The notes below the pieces were generated by a model, which did no database searches, had not been told where the DNA came from, and worked only from the letters and a program-made list of their open reading frames with translations. Both the position numbers and the translations under genes were made by a program. Positions 10,901 through 20,502 of a DNA stretch of 64,000 bases are shown in pieces. Positions within the stretch are counted from its first letter, which is position 1, and every line of letters begins with the position of its first letter. Location of the stretch: assembly GCA_027008245.1 (NCBI GenBank), contig JALTCA010000066.1, positions 18,688 to 82,687 on the forward strand. The letters are read 5' to 3'. The stretch is from Desulfurellales bacterium (lineage in GTDB: Bacteria > Campylobacterota_A > Desulfurellia > Desulfurellales > Hippeaceae).

Positions 10901-11349
10901 CTTCTGTTTTGGATACAAGGTCATTTTTTTATCCATTAAATAACAACGAGGAAATAGAGGTTGAAATAGAAGAAGGAAAAACGTTATTCATAAAATATCT
11001 AAACACCTCAGAGCCAGATAAAAAGGGTTATAGAAAGGTAACGTTTGAGCTAAATGGCCAAACAAGAAGTGTGGAAATAAGAGATAAAAATATAGCAACA
11101 AAGGTAAAATCTAACACAAAGGGCGACATGAACAATCCTTACGATATATGTGCAATGATGCCAGGAAAGATAGTAAAGATACTGGTAAAAACAAAAGATA
11201 AAGTAAAAAAAGACGATTTATTGGTCGTTACGGAAGCCATGAAGATGGAAACAAAGATAAAAGCTTCCACCGACGGTGTAGTCGAAAAAATCTACCTTAA
11301 AGAAGGAGAAACCATAGAAGCAGGGGACTTAATCATAAAGTTAAAGTAA
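7921..11349 (+). CDS. pyc: Pyruvate carboxylase (single chain BC-CT-BCCP)
   Basis: ANRGEIA, HPGYGFLSE, RDAHQSL, HFHTH and biotin-acceptor EAMKM motifs; 1142 aa. Confidence 0.97.
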   Translation: MKIKKILCANRGEIAIRVFRAATELGIGTVAIYSKEDKYSLHRYKADEAYRVGKGLGPVEAYLNVDEIIDVALRHNVDAIHPGYGFLSESAEFAQKCADAGLIFIGPKPEVIRLFGDKLLSKQLAKRCGVPVIGGSDGNVNSPQEVKQIAKEIGYPIMMKATAGGGGRGIRIAYNDKDVDDNFDSLRREAKKAFGKDDVLVEKYLPSPKHIEIQILADNHGNIVHMYERNCSIQRRHQKMIEIAPSPNLQLNILEDLYDAALRIGYESGITSAATVEFLVDGNDFYFLEVNPRIQVEHTITELITGIDLVQSQILIAEGKKFTDEQIGIYSQSSIRKEGYAVQCRITTEDPENNFMPDTGEIQAYRSPAGFGVRLDAGSAYAGARISPYYDSLLVKVSTWALTFDKAVKKMQRVLREFRIRGVKTNIQFLENVVEHPKFIRGDFDTNFIDTTKELYKIPKRRDRGTKVLKFLANNIVNNPSNSNINTKTLPKIPAYREKFGSKIPKGWKDILNKEGVSGILKRINESKEVLITDTTFRDAHQSLLATRLRTLDMLNIADLYAYHLNNIFSLEMWGGATFDVAYRFLKESPWDRLNKLRQKIPNILFQMLFRASNAVGYTNYPDNVVKEFIKESAKNGIDVFRIFDCFNWIEQLKPAMEEVKNQGKICEAAISYTGDILDKNRKKYTLDYYVKLARELKEAGADIIAIKDMAGLVKPYAAKVLVKAIKEETNLPIHFHTHDTSGNGEATVLMAIEAGADIVDLAMSSMSGLTSQPSLNSIVAALKHTDKASSINLEKAQEVANYFEKIRKYYVCCETGLNAPTAEVYEHEIPGGQYSNLVVQVESLGLIDKWEKIKKMYKKVNDLFGDIIKVTPSSKVVGDLALFLVQNDLEPEDLYTKGVSLSFPDSVVSFFKGMIGQPYGGFNEKLAEIVLKGEKPIKDRPGKLLPPFDFDKADKELQELFKRKFSKNEILSYALYPKVFIDYVHFVNEYGDASVLDTRSFFYPLNNNEEIEVEIEEGKTLFIKYLNTSEPDKKGYRKVTFELNGQTRSVEIRDKNIATKVKSNTKGDMNNPYDICAMMPGKIVKILVKTKDKVKKDDLLVVTEAMKMETKIKASTDGVVEKIYLKEGETIEAGDLIIKLK

Positions 11350-11380
11350 GCATTTCTTGATAAGAGCCTGTCCAATTCAA

Positions 11381-11409
11381 TTGACAAAGGCTAACTACTT
11401 TAGTATTTT
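11381..11409 (+). promoter_or_regulatory. Sigma70-type promoter of ribD
   Basis: TTGACA-N17-TATTTT ending 7 nt before the ATG. Confidence 0.55.
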
Positions 11410-11416
11410 TTAAATC

Positions 11417-12505
11417 ATGAACCAAGATGAAATTTACATGAAAAGGGCTATCCAGTTAGCAAAAAAAGCAAAGGGTGGGACATGCCCTAATCCTTTGGTT
11501 GGTGCGGTTATAGTCAAAGACGGGAAGATAATAGGCGAGGGATATCACAAAAAAGCCGGCCTACCACACGCAGAGATAGAGGCAATAAATTCTGTAGAAA
11601 ATAAGGCTCTCCTTAAGGGAGCAACGATATACGTAAACCTTGAACCTTGCAACCATTACGGTAGGACTCCACCTTGCTCCATTGCAATCATAAAAAGCGG
11701 TATAAAACGTGTTGTTATAGGCATGAGGGACGTTAACAAAAAAGCAAGTGGAGGTGTAGAACGTCTAAGGTCAGCAAGTATTGATGTCAAAGTCGGCGTT
11801 TTAGAAGATGAAGCAGTGAGCTTAAATGAGGTTTTTATTGAAAACACAGTCAACAAAAAGCCATTTTTCATAATGAAAGCTGCAATGTTTTTAAACGGGT
11901 GCATCTCAGCAAAAGGCGGCGTTTCCAAATGGATAACCTCCGAAAAATCAAGAAGGTTGGTTCATAAATTGAGAGGTACGCATAGCGCCGTTTTGGTTGG
12001 TATAAACACGATTCTAATGGATGATCCACTGCTCACATGCAGAATCAAAGGATATAAACAGCCCAAGCGCATAATATTGGATAAAAATCTAAAGATTCCT
12101 CCGACAGCAAATATCTTTAGCCAATATCCAGACAACGTTTATATAGTAACATCAGAACAATCAGACCACGCAAAAAAGAGGGTTTTACGGGCAATGGAGG
12201 TAAACATCATAGAATGCAATTTAAAAGATAATGATTTTGACCCTTCAGACCTATCAATGAAACTATTAGAAAATAATATTTGTTCTTGCCTTGTAGAGGG
12301 CGGCAGCAGAACACATGGATATTTTCTAAAAAACAAACTTTACAATAAAGCTTATTTATTCTACGCCCCAAAAATTACAGGCTCTTACGGAGCATTCAAC
12401 GTTGCCGGATTTGAAGCAGCAAAAAAACCAAATGAGGCGATAGAACTGAAAAATTCAAAATGTAAACGCATTGAAAACGACATATTAATCGAGGGATATT
12501 TTTAA
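11417..12505 (+). CDS. ribD: Riboflavin biosynthesis deaminase/reductase
   Basis: PNPLVG, HAE, LEPCNHYGRTPPC, VEGG motifs. Confidence 0.96.
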   Translation: MNQDEIYMKRAIQLAKKAKGGTCPNPLVGAVIVKDGKIIGEGYHKKAGLPHAEIEAINSVENKALLKGATIYVNLEPCNHYGRTPPCSIAIIKSGIKRVVIGMRDVNKKASGGVERLRSASIDVKVGVLEDEAVSLNEVFIENTVNKKPFFIMKAAMFLNGCISAKGGVSKWITSEKSRRLVHKLRGTHSAVLVGINTILMDDPLLTCRIKGYKQPKRIILDKNLKIPPTANIFSQYPDNVYIVTSEQSDHAKKRVLRAMEVNIIECNLKDNDFDPSDLSMKLLENNICSCLVEGGSRTHGYFLKNKLYNKAYLFYAPKITGSYGAFNVAGFEAAKKPNEAIELKNSKCKRIENDILIEGYF

Positions 12506-13134
12506 TGTTCACTGGCATAATTGAGGATGTAGGCAAAGTTTATAGCATCAACAGCATAAAAAGTGGTATTAGGTTGACTGTGGGCTCGCAATTAACAGAT
12601 GAACTTAAATTAGGCGACAGTGTAGCCATAAACGGTGCATGCTTAACGGTCACAGAAAAAAACAAAAACACTTTTGGCGTGGATGTTTCCTTTGAAACGC
12701 TCAACAGAACAAACATAGGCTCTCTATCTTCAGGTAGCATGGTAAATTTAGAAAGGGCTCTTAAATTATCAAACAGACTTGACGGTCATATAGTTTTAGG
12801 ACATGTGGATACAACAACCAGAATCATAAGTCTAAATAAGATTGGTGACTTTTATGTCCTTTCAATTGCAACAGATGCATACATATTTAATCACAGCGTA
12901 GAAAAAGGGTCTATTGCCGTTGATGGAATTAGCCTAACCATAGCAGAACTTAACAATAGTTCATTAAGCATCGCCGTAATACCATTCACATACGAAAACA
13001 CAAATTTAAAATACAAAAAGCCAGGGGATAAGCTAAATATAGAGGTTGATATAATAGGCAAATACGTCGAAAAATTTACAAAAAAATCAAATGGCCTTAC
13101 AGAAGAGTTTCTAAAACTACACGGATTTGCTTGA
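12505..13134 (+). CDS. ribE: Riboflavin synthase (alpha chain; RibE/RibC)
   Basis: N-terminal MFTGII, GACLT, GHIVLGHVD. Confidence 0.95.
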   Translation: MFTGIIEDVGKVYSINSIKSGIRLTVGSQLTDELKLGDSVAINGACLTVTEKNKNTFGVDVSFETLNRTNIGSLSSGSMVNLERALKLSNRLDGHIVLGHVDTTTRIISLNKIGDFYVLSIATDAYIFNHSVEKGSIAVDGISLTIAELNNSSLSIAVIPFTYENTNLKYKKPGDKLNIEVDIIGKYVEKFTKKSNGLTEEFLKLHGFA

Positions 13135-13140
13135 ATTAAT

Positions 13141-13169
13141 TTGAAACAATCACCAACCTATTATAAAAT
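13141..13169 (+). promoter_or_regulatory. Internal sigma70-type promoter upstream of ribBA
   Basis: TTGAAA-N17-TAAAAT in the 68-bp gap. Confidence 0.55.
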
Positions 13170-13202
13170 GCCTATGACTTTTTAAGTAAGGAAGGTGGCG
13201 TT

Positions 13203-14408
13203 ATGTTTGCAAGTGTTGAAGAAGCGGTTAGTGAGATTAGATCGGGTAAAATGATAATAATGGTCGATGATGAGGATAGGGAAAATGAGGGCGACTTTGT
13301 AATGGCTGCCCAATTTGTTACGCCAGAATCAATAAATTTCATGGCAAAACATGGACGAGGACTCATTTGCTTGCCCATGGACGAAAAATTAATAGAAAAA
13401 CTCAACCTAAAACTCATGACAGTTGATGAAAATGACAAATTCAAAACGGCATTTACAGTATCAATCGATGCACATCCTAAATTCGGTGTAACAACGGGTA
13501 TATCTGCTTTTGATAGGGCTACAACAATTCAAACAGCCATAAGACCCGATGCCAAGCCGGAGGATTTATCTAGACCTGGACATGTATTTCCCTTAAGGGC
13601 AAAGAAAGGTGGTGTGCTGGTTAGGGCTGGACATACAGAAGGTAGTGTAGATTTAGCAAGAATGGCAGGTCTAATTCCAGCTGCGGTGATTTGTGAAATC
13701 ATGAACGACGACGGAACAATGGCGAGAAGATCACAGCTTGAAGAAATAGCAAAGAAATTTAATCTCAAGATGGTTACAATAGCAAGCATTATCGAATACA
13801 GAATGAAGAACGAACGGTTAATCGAAAGAACGGCAGAGGCAGACCTGCCAACAAAATACGGACACTTCAAAATAATCGTATATAAAAACAAAGTTGACGA
13901 TTTCGAGCATGTAGCCTTGGTTAAGGGGAAGATTAATAAAAACGAACCAACGTTGGTTAGGGTTCATTCATCATGCTTGACTGGCGACATTTTGGGTTCC
14001 CTACGTTGCGATTGCGGAGACCAACTACATACTGCTATGGAAATGGTAGAAAAAGAAGGAAAAGGTGTTGTTTTATACATGCAGCAGGAAGGAAGAGGTA
14101 TTGGCTTAACCAATAAAATCAAGGCATATGCGCTGCAAGACCAGGGATACGATACGGTAGAAGCCAATGTTAAGTTGGGATTCAAACCCGACTTGAGAAA
14201 CTACGGCATTGGCGCGCAGATACTTGTGGATTTGGGTATAGGCAAAATCAGACTTATGACAAACAATCCCAAAAAAATTGTAGGGCTTGAGGGTTACGGA
14301 TTGGAAATTGTGGAACGCGTACCGATAGAAATTGACCCAAACAGTGTTAATAAGTGTTATCTCGAAACAAAAAAGGAAAAAATGGGGCATCTTTTAACAA
14401 AGGTTTGA
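13203..14408 (+). CDS. ribBA: Bifunctional DHBP synthase / GTP cyclohydrolase II
   Basis: [37 protein letters not shown]. Confidence 0.96.
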   Translation: MFASVEEAVSEIRSGKMIIMVDDEDRENEGDFVMAAQFVTPESINFMAKHGRGLICLPMDEKLIEKLNLKLMTVDENDKFKTAFTVSIDAHPKFGVTTGISAFDRATTIQTAIRPDAKPEDLSRPGHVFPLRAKKGGVLVRAGHTEGSVDLARMAGLIPAAVICEIMNDDGTMARRSQLEEIAKKFNLKMVTIASIIEYRMKNERLIERTAEADLPTKYGHFKIIVYKNKVDDFEHVALVKGKINKNEPTLVRVHSSCLTGDILGSLRCDCGDQLHTAMEMVEKEGKGVVLYMQQEGRGIGLTNKIKAYALQDQGYDTVEANVKLGFKPDLRNYGIGAQILVDLGIGKIRLMTNNPKKIVGLEGYGLEIVERVPIEIDPNSVNKCYLETKKEKMGHLLTKV

Positions 14409-14419
14409 GGAGTTGAACT

Positions 14420-14878
14420 ATGAAGATTATCGAAGGCAAATTAGACGGAAGCGATGTTAAAGTCGGTGTTATAGTTAGCAGATTTAACAGTTTTATAACT
14501 ACAAAATTATTGGATGGAGCAGTGGATGCTTTTGTAAGACACAACGGCAATAAGGATAACATGACTGTTTATATGGTTCCTGGGGCGTTTGAAATCCCAA
14601 TGTTACTTTCTAAGCTTGTTGATAAAGAGTACGACGGTATATTGTGTCTTGGTGCAGTAATAAGAGGTGCAACACCACATTTTGACTTTGTTGCCAATGA
14701 AACTGCAAAGGGTATAGCACAAATATCCTTAAAAGGAAAAATACCAGTATCATTTGGCATACTAACGACAGACACCATAGAGCAAGCCATAGAACGCGCT
14801 GGGACAAAAATGGGAAATAAGGGCTTTGATGCAATGGTCGCCCTTTTAGAAATGATTAACCTCTATAGAAATATTTAA
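14420..14878 (+). CDS. ribH: 6,7-dimethyl-8-ribityllumazine synthase
   Basis: VPGAFEIP, GAVIRGATPHF, GNKG. Confidence 0.97.
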   Translation: MKIIEGKLDGSDVKVGVIVSRFNSFITTKLLDGAVDAFVRHNGNKDNMTVYMVPGAFEIPMLLSKLVDKEYDGILCLGAVIRGATPHFDFVANETAKGIAQISLKGKIPVSFGILTTDTIEQAIERAGTKMGNKGFDAMVALLEMINLYRNI

Positions 14879-14880
14879 AT

Positions 14881-15282
14881 ATGTCAAGGAGAAGGGCGAG
14901 AATAGCAGCAGTTCAGTACATATACGCCAAAGAATTCGGCAGTAAGGATGAGCCTTATTCCTTTATTGAATTTGTTGGCAAACCGAAGAAAGAAAACGAC
15001 AAGATATTCTCAAAGAAGTTAATAGAAGGAACAATAAAGAACCTTCCATATATAGACACACTTATAAAGAATTATGCCGAATCAGGAGACGATATAATGT
15101 CCCTTGTGGACAAAGCAATTCTAAGGGTGGGTATATATGAGCTTCTGTTTTTAAAAGAAACGCATCCAGTTGTAGTGATAAACGAGTATGTAAACATAGC
15201 AAAAGAACTTTCTAAAGAAACATCAAAGTCTTTAATCAACGCCATCTTAGACAAAGTTTACAAGGGAGAATATGATGAATGA
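14881..15282 (+). CDS. nusB: Transcription antitermination factor NusB
   Basis: RRRAR N-terminus, DKAILR, VVINE, INAILD; follows ribH. Confidence 0.92.
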   Translation: MSRRRARIAAVQYIYAKEFGSKDEPYSFIEFVGKPKKENDKIFSKKLIEGTIKNLPYIDTLIKNYAESGDDIMSLVDKAILRVGIYELLFLKETHPVVVINEYVNIAKELSKETSKSLINAILDKVYKGEYDE

Positions 15283-15991
15283 AAAAATTATCGTTGCATT
15301 AGACCTAAGAGGATATGATGCAATTCTAAATTTGATAGACAAGCTTGAAGAAGCTGTTTGGTTTAAAGTTGGGGCAGTTAACTTCACGGCCTATGGAATA
15401 AAGCTTGTTGAAGAGCTAAAAAAACGAAAGAAAAAGATTTTTTTAGACCTTAAATATCATGACATACCGAACACAGTCAAAGAAGCTGTCTATGCGGCAA
15501 GCGAACTCGGGGTTGATATGCTCACGATACACTCAATCGGTGGAATAGAGATGATGATAGCTGCTCAAGAAGCAGTAAAAGAGTTTGAGATAAAACACAA
15601 CAAAAAGGGAGCCCAAATACTCGCGGTTACTGTTCTAACAAGCATGAATAATGAAAATTTAAAAAGGGACATGTTCGTTAACATGAGTGTAGAAGAAACG
15701 GTTCTTAAACTTGCCAATAACGCCTTTAAGGCGGGTATCAGCGGGCTTGTAGCAAGCGCAAAAGAGACGAAACTGATAAGGGAAAATTTTGGCGAGTATT
15801 TTACGATAGTTACACCCGGGATAAGGCCTTCATGGGCATCTAAAAACGACCAAAAAAGAATCGTCACTCCAAAAGACGCAATAGAATTTGGTAGTAATTA
15901 CATCGTCATAGGAAGGCCAATATACAATGCGAACAACCCACAAGAGGCATTTGACAAAATTAGAAAGGAGCTAAACGATGTTAACGCCTGA
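15272..15991 (+). CDS. pyrF: Orotidine-5'-phosphate decarboxylase
   Basis: DLKYHDIPNTV, VTPGIR, IGRPI. Confidence 0.96.
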   Translation: MMNEKIIVALDLRGYDAILNLIDKLEEAVWFKVGAVNFTAYGIKLVEELKKRKKKIFLDLKYHDIPNTVKEAVYAASELGVDMLTIHSIGGIEMMIAAQEAVKEFEIKHNKKGAQILAVTVLTSMNNENLKRDMFVNMSVEETVLKLANNAFKAGISGLVASAKETKLIRENFGEYFTIVTPGIRPSWASKNDQKRIVTPKDAIEFGSNYIVIGRPIYNANNPQEAFDKIRKELNDVNA

Positions 15992-16565
15992 AGAAGCACT
16001 TGAGATTTACAAAAAACGCAACGCTTACCTGCAGGGGCATTTTTTACTATCAAGTGGGCTACACAGCGAGTTTTATCTGCAAAGCGCTTTAGTATTGCAA
16101 TATCCACATGACGCATGGAAATTATGCTCATCCATAGCAGAGCATTTCAAAAATGAAAAGATTGATGTTGTAATTGCACCAGCTATGGGAGGAATACTCG
16201 TTTCTTATGATGTGGCAAAAGCATTGGGTGACAACGTAAGAAGTATTTTTGCAGAAAGGGTCGATGGGAAGCTCACATTAAGAAGGGGCTTTACAATTGA
16301 CAAAAACGATAGGGTTTTAGTTGTAGAAGACGTTGTCACAACAGGAAAAAGCTTAAATGAAACGCTTGAAGTTGTAAGGCAATATACAAACAACATCGTT
16401 GGAATAGGAGCTTTGGTTGATAGAGGCGGAAATTTCGACCCACAAAGGCTTGATTATTTTCCTTTGATTAAATTAAAAATCGAAAACTACGAGCCAAACA
16501 ATTGCCCCCTATGCAAAAAGGGTGTGCCTCTTGAGAAACCCGGCAGCAGATTTTTAAAAAAATAG
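15978..16565 (+). CDS. pyrE: Orotate phosphoribosyltransferase
   Basis: GHFLLSSG, LRRGF, VEDVVTTG PRPP loop. Confidence 0.95.
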   Translation: MLTPEEALEIYKKRNAYLQGHFLLSSGLHSEFYLQSALVLQYPHDAWKLCSSIAEHFKNEKIDVVIAPAMGGILVSYDVAKALGDNVRSIFAERVDGKLTLRRGFTIDKNDRVLVVEDVVTTGKSLNETLEVVRQYTNNIVGIGALVDRGGNFDPQRLDYFPLIKLKIENYEPNNCPLCKKGVPLEKPGSRFLKK

Positions 16566-16567
16566 AA

Positions 16568-16594
16568 CCCGGCTCAAAGCCGGGCTTTTTATTT
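16568..16594. terminator. Probably bidirectional intrinsic terminator between convergent pyrE and degP
   Basis: CCCGGCT-CAA-AGCCGGG followed by CTTTTTATTT. Confidence 0.75.
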
Positions 16595-17968
16595 CTGAAT
16601 TGTAATGAATATATGGGTATTGCCACGTATAACATCCAAGAAAATCACATTTTTAGCATTTTTAATCATTTTCTTAAACTCAGCCAAATTTTCTACTCTC
16701 TTATAATTTAGCTTTACTACAACATCTCCAGGCTTGAGACCGACCATATATGCAAAAGAACCCTCCTCAACACTAACTATGACAACACCTTCCTTAGTTT
16801 TTATTCCAAATTTCTCTGCTAATTGAGGCGTAATGTTTGATACAGAAAATCCATAATCCGTCTTGTAAACTTCATTTCCGTTTGCACTAATCGAGAGGTT
16901 TTTAGGTCTCTCTCCTAACTTAACTTCAATGCTCATCTTGTGATGATTTCTTATCACGCCCAGGTGAATTTTTGTTCCCGGTCTAAAGCTCGATATGATA
17001 TACGGCAAATCGTAGGAAGATTTCAGAGCTTTACCGTTCACACTAACAATTATATCACCCGGTTTTAGCCCTGCCTTGTAGGCTGCTGTATTCTTAAACA
17101 CTTGAGAAATTATGGCACCGTGTGTGTCTCTTAAACCTAAACCTTTGGCCGCCTCAGGTGTTAACGGTTGAATCATTACTCCTAAATAGCCACGTTTTAC
17201 CTTTTCTCCTTTCATTAAATATGGCAATTCGTTTTTAATCATATTAACTGGGATAGCGAAGCCTATGCCCTGTCCATTCGCCATAATTGCAGTGTTCATG
17301 CCAACAACTTCACCCTTCATATTTACAAGCGGACCGCCAGAGTTACCCGGGTTAATCGCCGCATCTGTTTGCAAAAAGTGATCAAACGGCCCTTCTCCAA
17401 TCACTCTACCCTTTGCTGATATAATACCAACTGTAACAGTTCCGTTTAGACCAAAGGGATTTCCAACTGCGACCACCCAATCCCCAACTTGAATATCATC
17501 AGAATTGCCAAGCTTTAAAGTTGGCAGCGGCTCTTTAGGGTCAATCTTAATCAGAGCAATATCGGCCTTAGGGTCTGTTCCAACAACCTTTGCCTTATAA
17601 ACATCGCCTGAATTCAGTATTGTAACGCGTATATCTGTTGCACGCTTTATCACGTGATAGTTAGTCAAAATATAACCCTTCTTAGAAATTATAAAACCAG
17701 AGCCTAAAGCATGGATTTTTCTCTTTACAACTGGAGGACCAAAGTTGTTAAAGAAATTTTTAAAAAAGAAATCAAAAGGAGTGTTTTGATTAAAATTAAA
17801 ATCGCTAAAAGGATTTTGGTATTTTACAACCTGTGTAGTAGAAATATTTACTACTGCCGGCAAAACCTTTTTTGTAACATCCCTAACATCCGGCAAGTTT
17901 GAAGCAAAAGAAAAAGAACTTGTCATTAAAAAGAGTAAAAGTAGAGCATAAACCTTAAGTTTTCTCAT
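16589..17968 (-). CDS. degP: Periplasmic serine endoprotease, DegP/DegQ (Do) family, two PDZ domains
   Basis: TNYHV, DIAL, TDAAINPGNSGG; start placed at ATG 17968 after GGAGGTG. Confidence 0.93.
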   Translation of the reverse strand: MRKLKVYALLLLFLMTSSFSFASNLPDVRDVTKKVLPAVVNISTTQVVKYQNPFSDFNFNQNTPFDFFFKNFFNNFGPPVVKRKIHALGSGFIISKKGYILTNYHVIKRATDIRVTILNSGDVYKAKVVGTDPKADIALIKIDPKEPLPTLKLGNSDDIQVGDWVVAVGNPFGLNGTVTVGIISAKGRVIGEGPFDHFLQTDAAINPGNSGGPLVNMKGEVVGMNTAIMANGQGIGFAIPVNMIKNELPYLMKGEKVKRGYLGVMIQPLTPEAAKGLGLRDTHGAIISQVFKNTAAYKAGLKPGDIIVSVNGKALKSSYDLPYIISSFRPGTKIHLGVIRNHHKMSIEVKLGERPKNLSISANGNEVYKTDYGFSVSNITPQLAEKFGIKTKEGVVIVSVEEGSFAYMVGLKPGDVVVKLNYKRVENLAEFKKMIKNAKNVIFLDVIRGNTHIFITIQK

Positions 17969-17977
17969 AAGCACCTC

Positions 17978-18178
17978 CTAAATCACCAAGTTTTTTATTT
18001 TTATTGCCTTTATGTCATCCTTAATCTCTAAAAACAACTTTCCAGACCTTGCCACTTCTACCATCCTATTAGAATCTGCTATCTTAAATTGACCTAAAGA
18101 AAAACCTGTTGGAAAAACCTGAGCATTTATCACAAAAGCCATCGTAAAAATGCTGCTCAACACTAACCCTCGCCTCAT
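17978..18178 (-). CDS. Small hypothetical protein with signal-peptide-like N-terminus
   Basis: Strong AGGAGGTG RBS, 66-aa ORF, stop abuts degP RBS. Confidence 0.55.
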   Translation of the reverse strand: MRRGLVLSSIFTMAFVINAQVFPTGFSLGQFKIADSNRMVEVARSGKLFLEIKDDIKAIKIKNLVI

Positions 18179-18205
18179 TTCTCACCTCCTCAATCTTTTG
18201 GAAAA

Positions 18206-18239
18206 ATTATAAAAATGGAAGATTACAGAAAGATTACAA
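18206..18239 (-). promoter_or_regulatory. Putative OmpR-family binding site (TGTAATCTT direct repeat, 11-bp period) plus -10 TATAAT
   Basis: Minus strand TTGTAATCTTT CTGTAATCTTC CATTTT TATAAT upstream of the small ORF and degP. Confidence 0.6.
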
Positions 18240-19640
18240 TGTAGATTTTTTAAACCTAACAGAAACAGTAGTGCCTTTTGACGGCGTGCTTTTTATAAAA
18301 ATCTCGCCTTTGTGCAAATCAACAATTTTTTTAGCAATGGATAAGCCCAAACCAAAGCCCTCCGTGGTCTTGGAACGCGATTTGTCAACCCTATAAAAAC
18401 CTTCAAAAATTTTGTCCAACTCAACTTCTTCTATCCCAATACCCGTATCTTTAACAGTTATCTCACATTTGTTGTCTACACTTGCTACCCTTATCAGAAC
18501 TTTACCGTTTTCAACATTATACTTGATTGCATTGTCAATCAAATTCACGAATAATTCTTCTAAAAGATTCCTATCCCCCTCAATTAAACAATCATCTTCA
18601 ATATCTAAGTCAACATCAACTCCTCTACTTTCTGCTTTATGTCTCAAAAGTCCTATTGCACTCAAAATAGTATCTCTTGAACTCACGCTTTCTGAAAATT
18701 TGTGGTCTAATGCCTCTAATCTTGACAGTATAAGCATTTTATCAATTAGCTGCGTCATCTTAGAAATCGTCTCTTTAACCAACCTCAAAGCCTTTTTGTA
18801 ATCTTCGCTACTTCTTTCTTTTCTCAAAGCCAAATCGCACTGCATCTGTATCACAGAGATTGGGGTTTTCAACTCATGAGAGATATCAGATATAAATTGT
18901 TTTTCCCTTTTAAAAGCCCTATTCAATCTCTCCAATAGAGAATTGAATGAATCAATAACGTCTTTCAGTTCATTTGGCATATTTTCTATATAAACTTTCC
19001 TATCAAGATTATGCTCAGTTATGCTTCTTATCTGCTTGCTCAAATCCTCTAAAGGGCTCAATGCACTATGAGAAACATAAAAACCTAAGGCAGCGGATAT
19101 TATGAGTATAAAAAACAGCGTTAAAAAGATTAAGATTTCAAACCTCAACAACATATCTCTCTCGTCCTTAACATTGTAAGCAACCTGTATAATCATCTTA
19201 TCATTTTTATCCTTAAAATTAACAAGTCTGACAAACTGGCTCCCAACCTTTACCGTTTCAAATTCACCCATACTTTTATCGTAAGGAAGAGTTAAATCGC
19301 CCAAAGATGTGGATTTCTCTATAAGTTTCCCGTCATCAGTGCGCAATTGAAAATAGTATTTTGAATAGACTGAGGAATAAATCCACAACTGGGCTTTAGA
19401 TAGGTCAATCTCAAATCGCCTTCCATAAGCGTTAGAAAACGAAAACCTAATCGTTGTTGACCGAATAAGCTTATCCAACTGCATAGCTTTTTTCTTTAAA
19501 CTTATATCTATTGGCTTGTAAACAATGCTTTTCAAATAAAAAATAAAAAATATAGCCAGAGCACCAAGCACGACACCAATTATGGCAACGTACAAAAGTA
19601 TTATCCTCGACTTTATAGAGTTAAGTCTAAAATTTGTCAT
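18234..19640 (-). CDS. HAMP-containing sensor histidine kinase (CusS/CzcS/CpxA-like)
   Basis: Two TM helices, HAMP, SHELKTP H-box, NLIDNAIKY, DTGIGI, GFGLGL. Confidence 0.93.
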   Translation of the reverse strand: MTNFRLNSIKSRIILLYVAIIGVVLGALAIFFIFYLKSIVYKPIDISLKKKAMQLDKLIRSTTIRFSFSNAYGRRFEIDLSKAQLWIYSSVYSKYYFQLRTDDGKLIEKSTSLGDLTLPYDKSMGEFETVKVGSQFVRLVNFKDKNDKMIIQVAYNVKDERDMLLRFEILIFLTLFFILIISAALGFYVSHSALSPLEDLSKQIRSITEHNLDRKVYIENMPNELKDVIDSFNSLLERLNRAFKREKQFISDISHELKTPISVIQMQCDLALRKERSSEDYKKALRLVKETISKMTQLIDKMLILSRLEALDHKFSESVSSRDTILSAIGLLRHKAESRGVDVDLDIEDDCLIEGDRNLLEELFVNLIDNAIKYNVENGKVLIRVASVDNKCEITVKDTGIGIEEVELDKIFEGFYRVDKSRSKTTEGFGLGLSIAKKIVDLHKGEIFIKSTPSKGTTVSVRFKKSTL

Positions 19641-20305
19641 CCCTTCACCATATATCCAGCGCCCCTAACTGTGTGTATCAGCTTTTTATCGAAATCTTTA
19701 TCAATTTTACTCCTTAGGCGAGCAACCAGAACATCCACAACATTACTATCGAAATCGTAGTTGTAATCATAAATGTGCTCGACAATATCCATTCTAGAAA
19801 GAAGCTTATTTTTGTTTAATACCAAATACTCGAGCAATGCATATTCTTTGGATGTCAACTCTATAGCTTTGCCTAATCTTTTTACCTCATGAGTATTGAG
19901 GTCTAACTCCAAATCAGCAACCCTAACAACGCTTTTTGCCTCCCCAAAAGACCTTCTCAAAAGAGCCCTTATGCGGGCGAGAAGCTCATCAAATGAAAAT
20001 GGTTTCGTAAGGTAATCATCAGCTCCACTATTTAGGCCTAAAACCTTATCCTCTGTTGCACTTTTTGCTGTCAGCATCAATACAGGCGTTTTTACGCCCT
20101 CATTCCTTAAATCCCTAACTATTTCAAAACCATCTTTTTTGGGAAGCATTATATCTAAAACCACAACATCATAGGGTTCATTGGCGGCTAAATCAAAACC
20201 CTCTTCCCCATCATAAGCCACATCCACGCTATACCCCTCATCTTCCAAACCTTCCTTTATTAATTCAGCTAAGGAAACCTCATCTTCAACAACCAAAATC
20301 CTCAT
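19637..20305 (-). CDS. OmpR-family response regulator (CusR/CzcR-like)
   Basis: VVEDE, LDIMLP, GADDYLTKPF, winged helix IHTVRGAGY. Confidence 0.94.
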   Translation of the reverse strand: MRILVVEDEVSLAELIKEGLEDEGYSVDVAYDGEEGFDLAANEPYDVVVLDIMLPKKDGFEIVRDLRNEGVKTPVLMLTAKSATEDKVLGLNSGADDYLTKPFSFDELLARIRALLRRSFGEAKSVVRVADLELDLNTHEVKRLGKAIELTSKEYALLEYLVLNKNKLLSRMDIVEHIYDYNYDFDSNVVDVLVARLRSKIDKDFDKKLIHTVRGAGYMVKG

Positions 20306-20502
20306 GTCTTCATATTACAACAAAAAACATTACAAAACGATGAAAATTTCACACCAGCACACCCAATTAGCTGCTACTAAAAACTTGAACTTCAAGGCAA
20401 AAAGCTTATTATAAGGTAACAGAAAATTTAAAGAATGAGTACATTGATGCATACGAAAATGTTGAACTGTTTTTAAAACAAATATTGGTAGGAGGTGATT
20501 AA

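Noticed and set aside
11350-11416. Possible FMN riboswitch before the rib operon
   Set aside because: Gap is only 67 bp, lacks RFN conserved blocks and is occupied by a promoter
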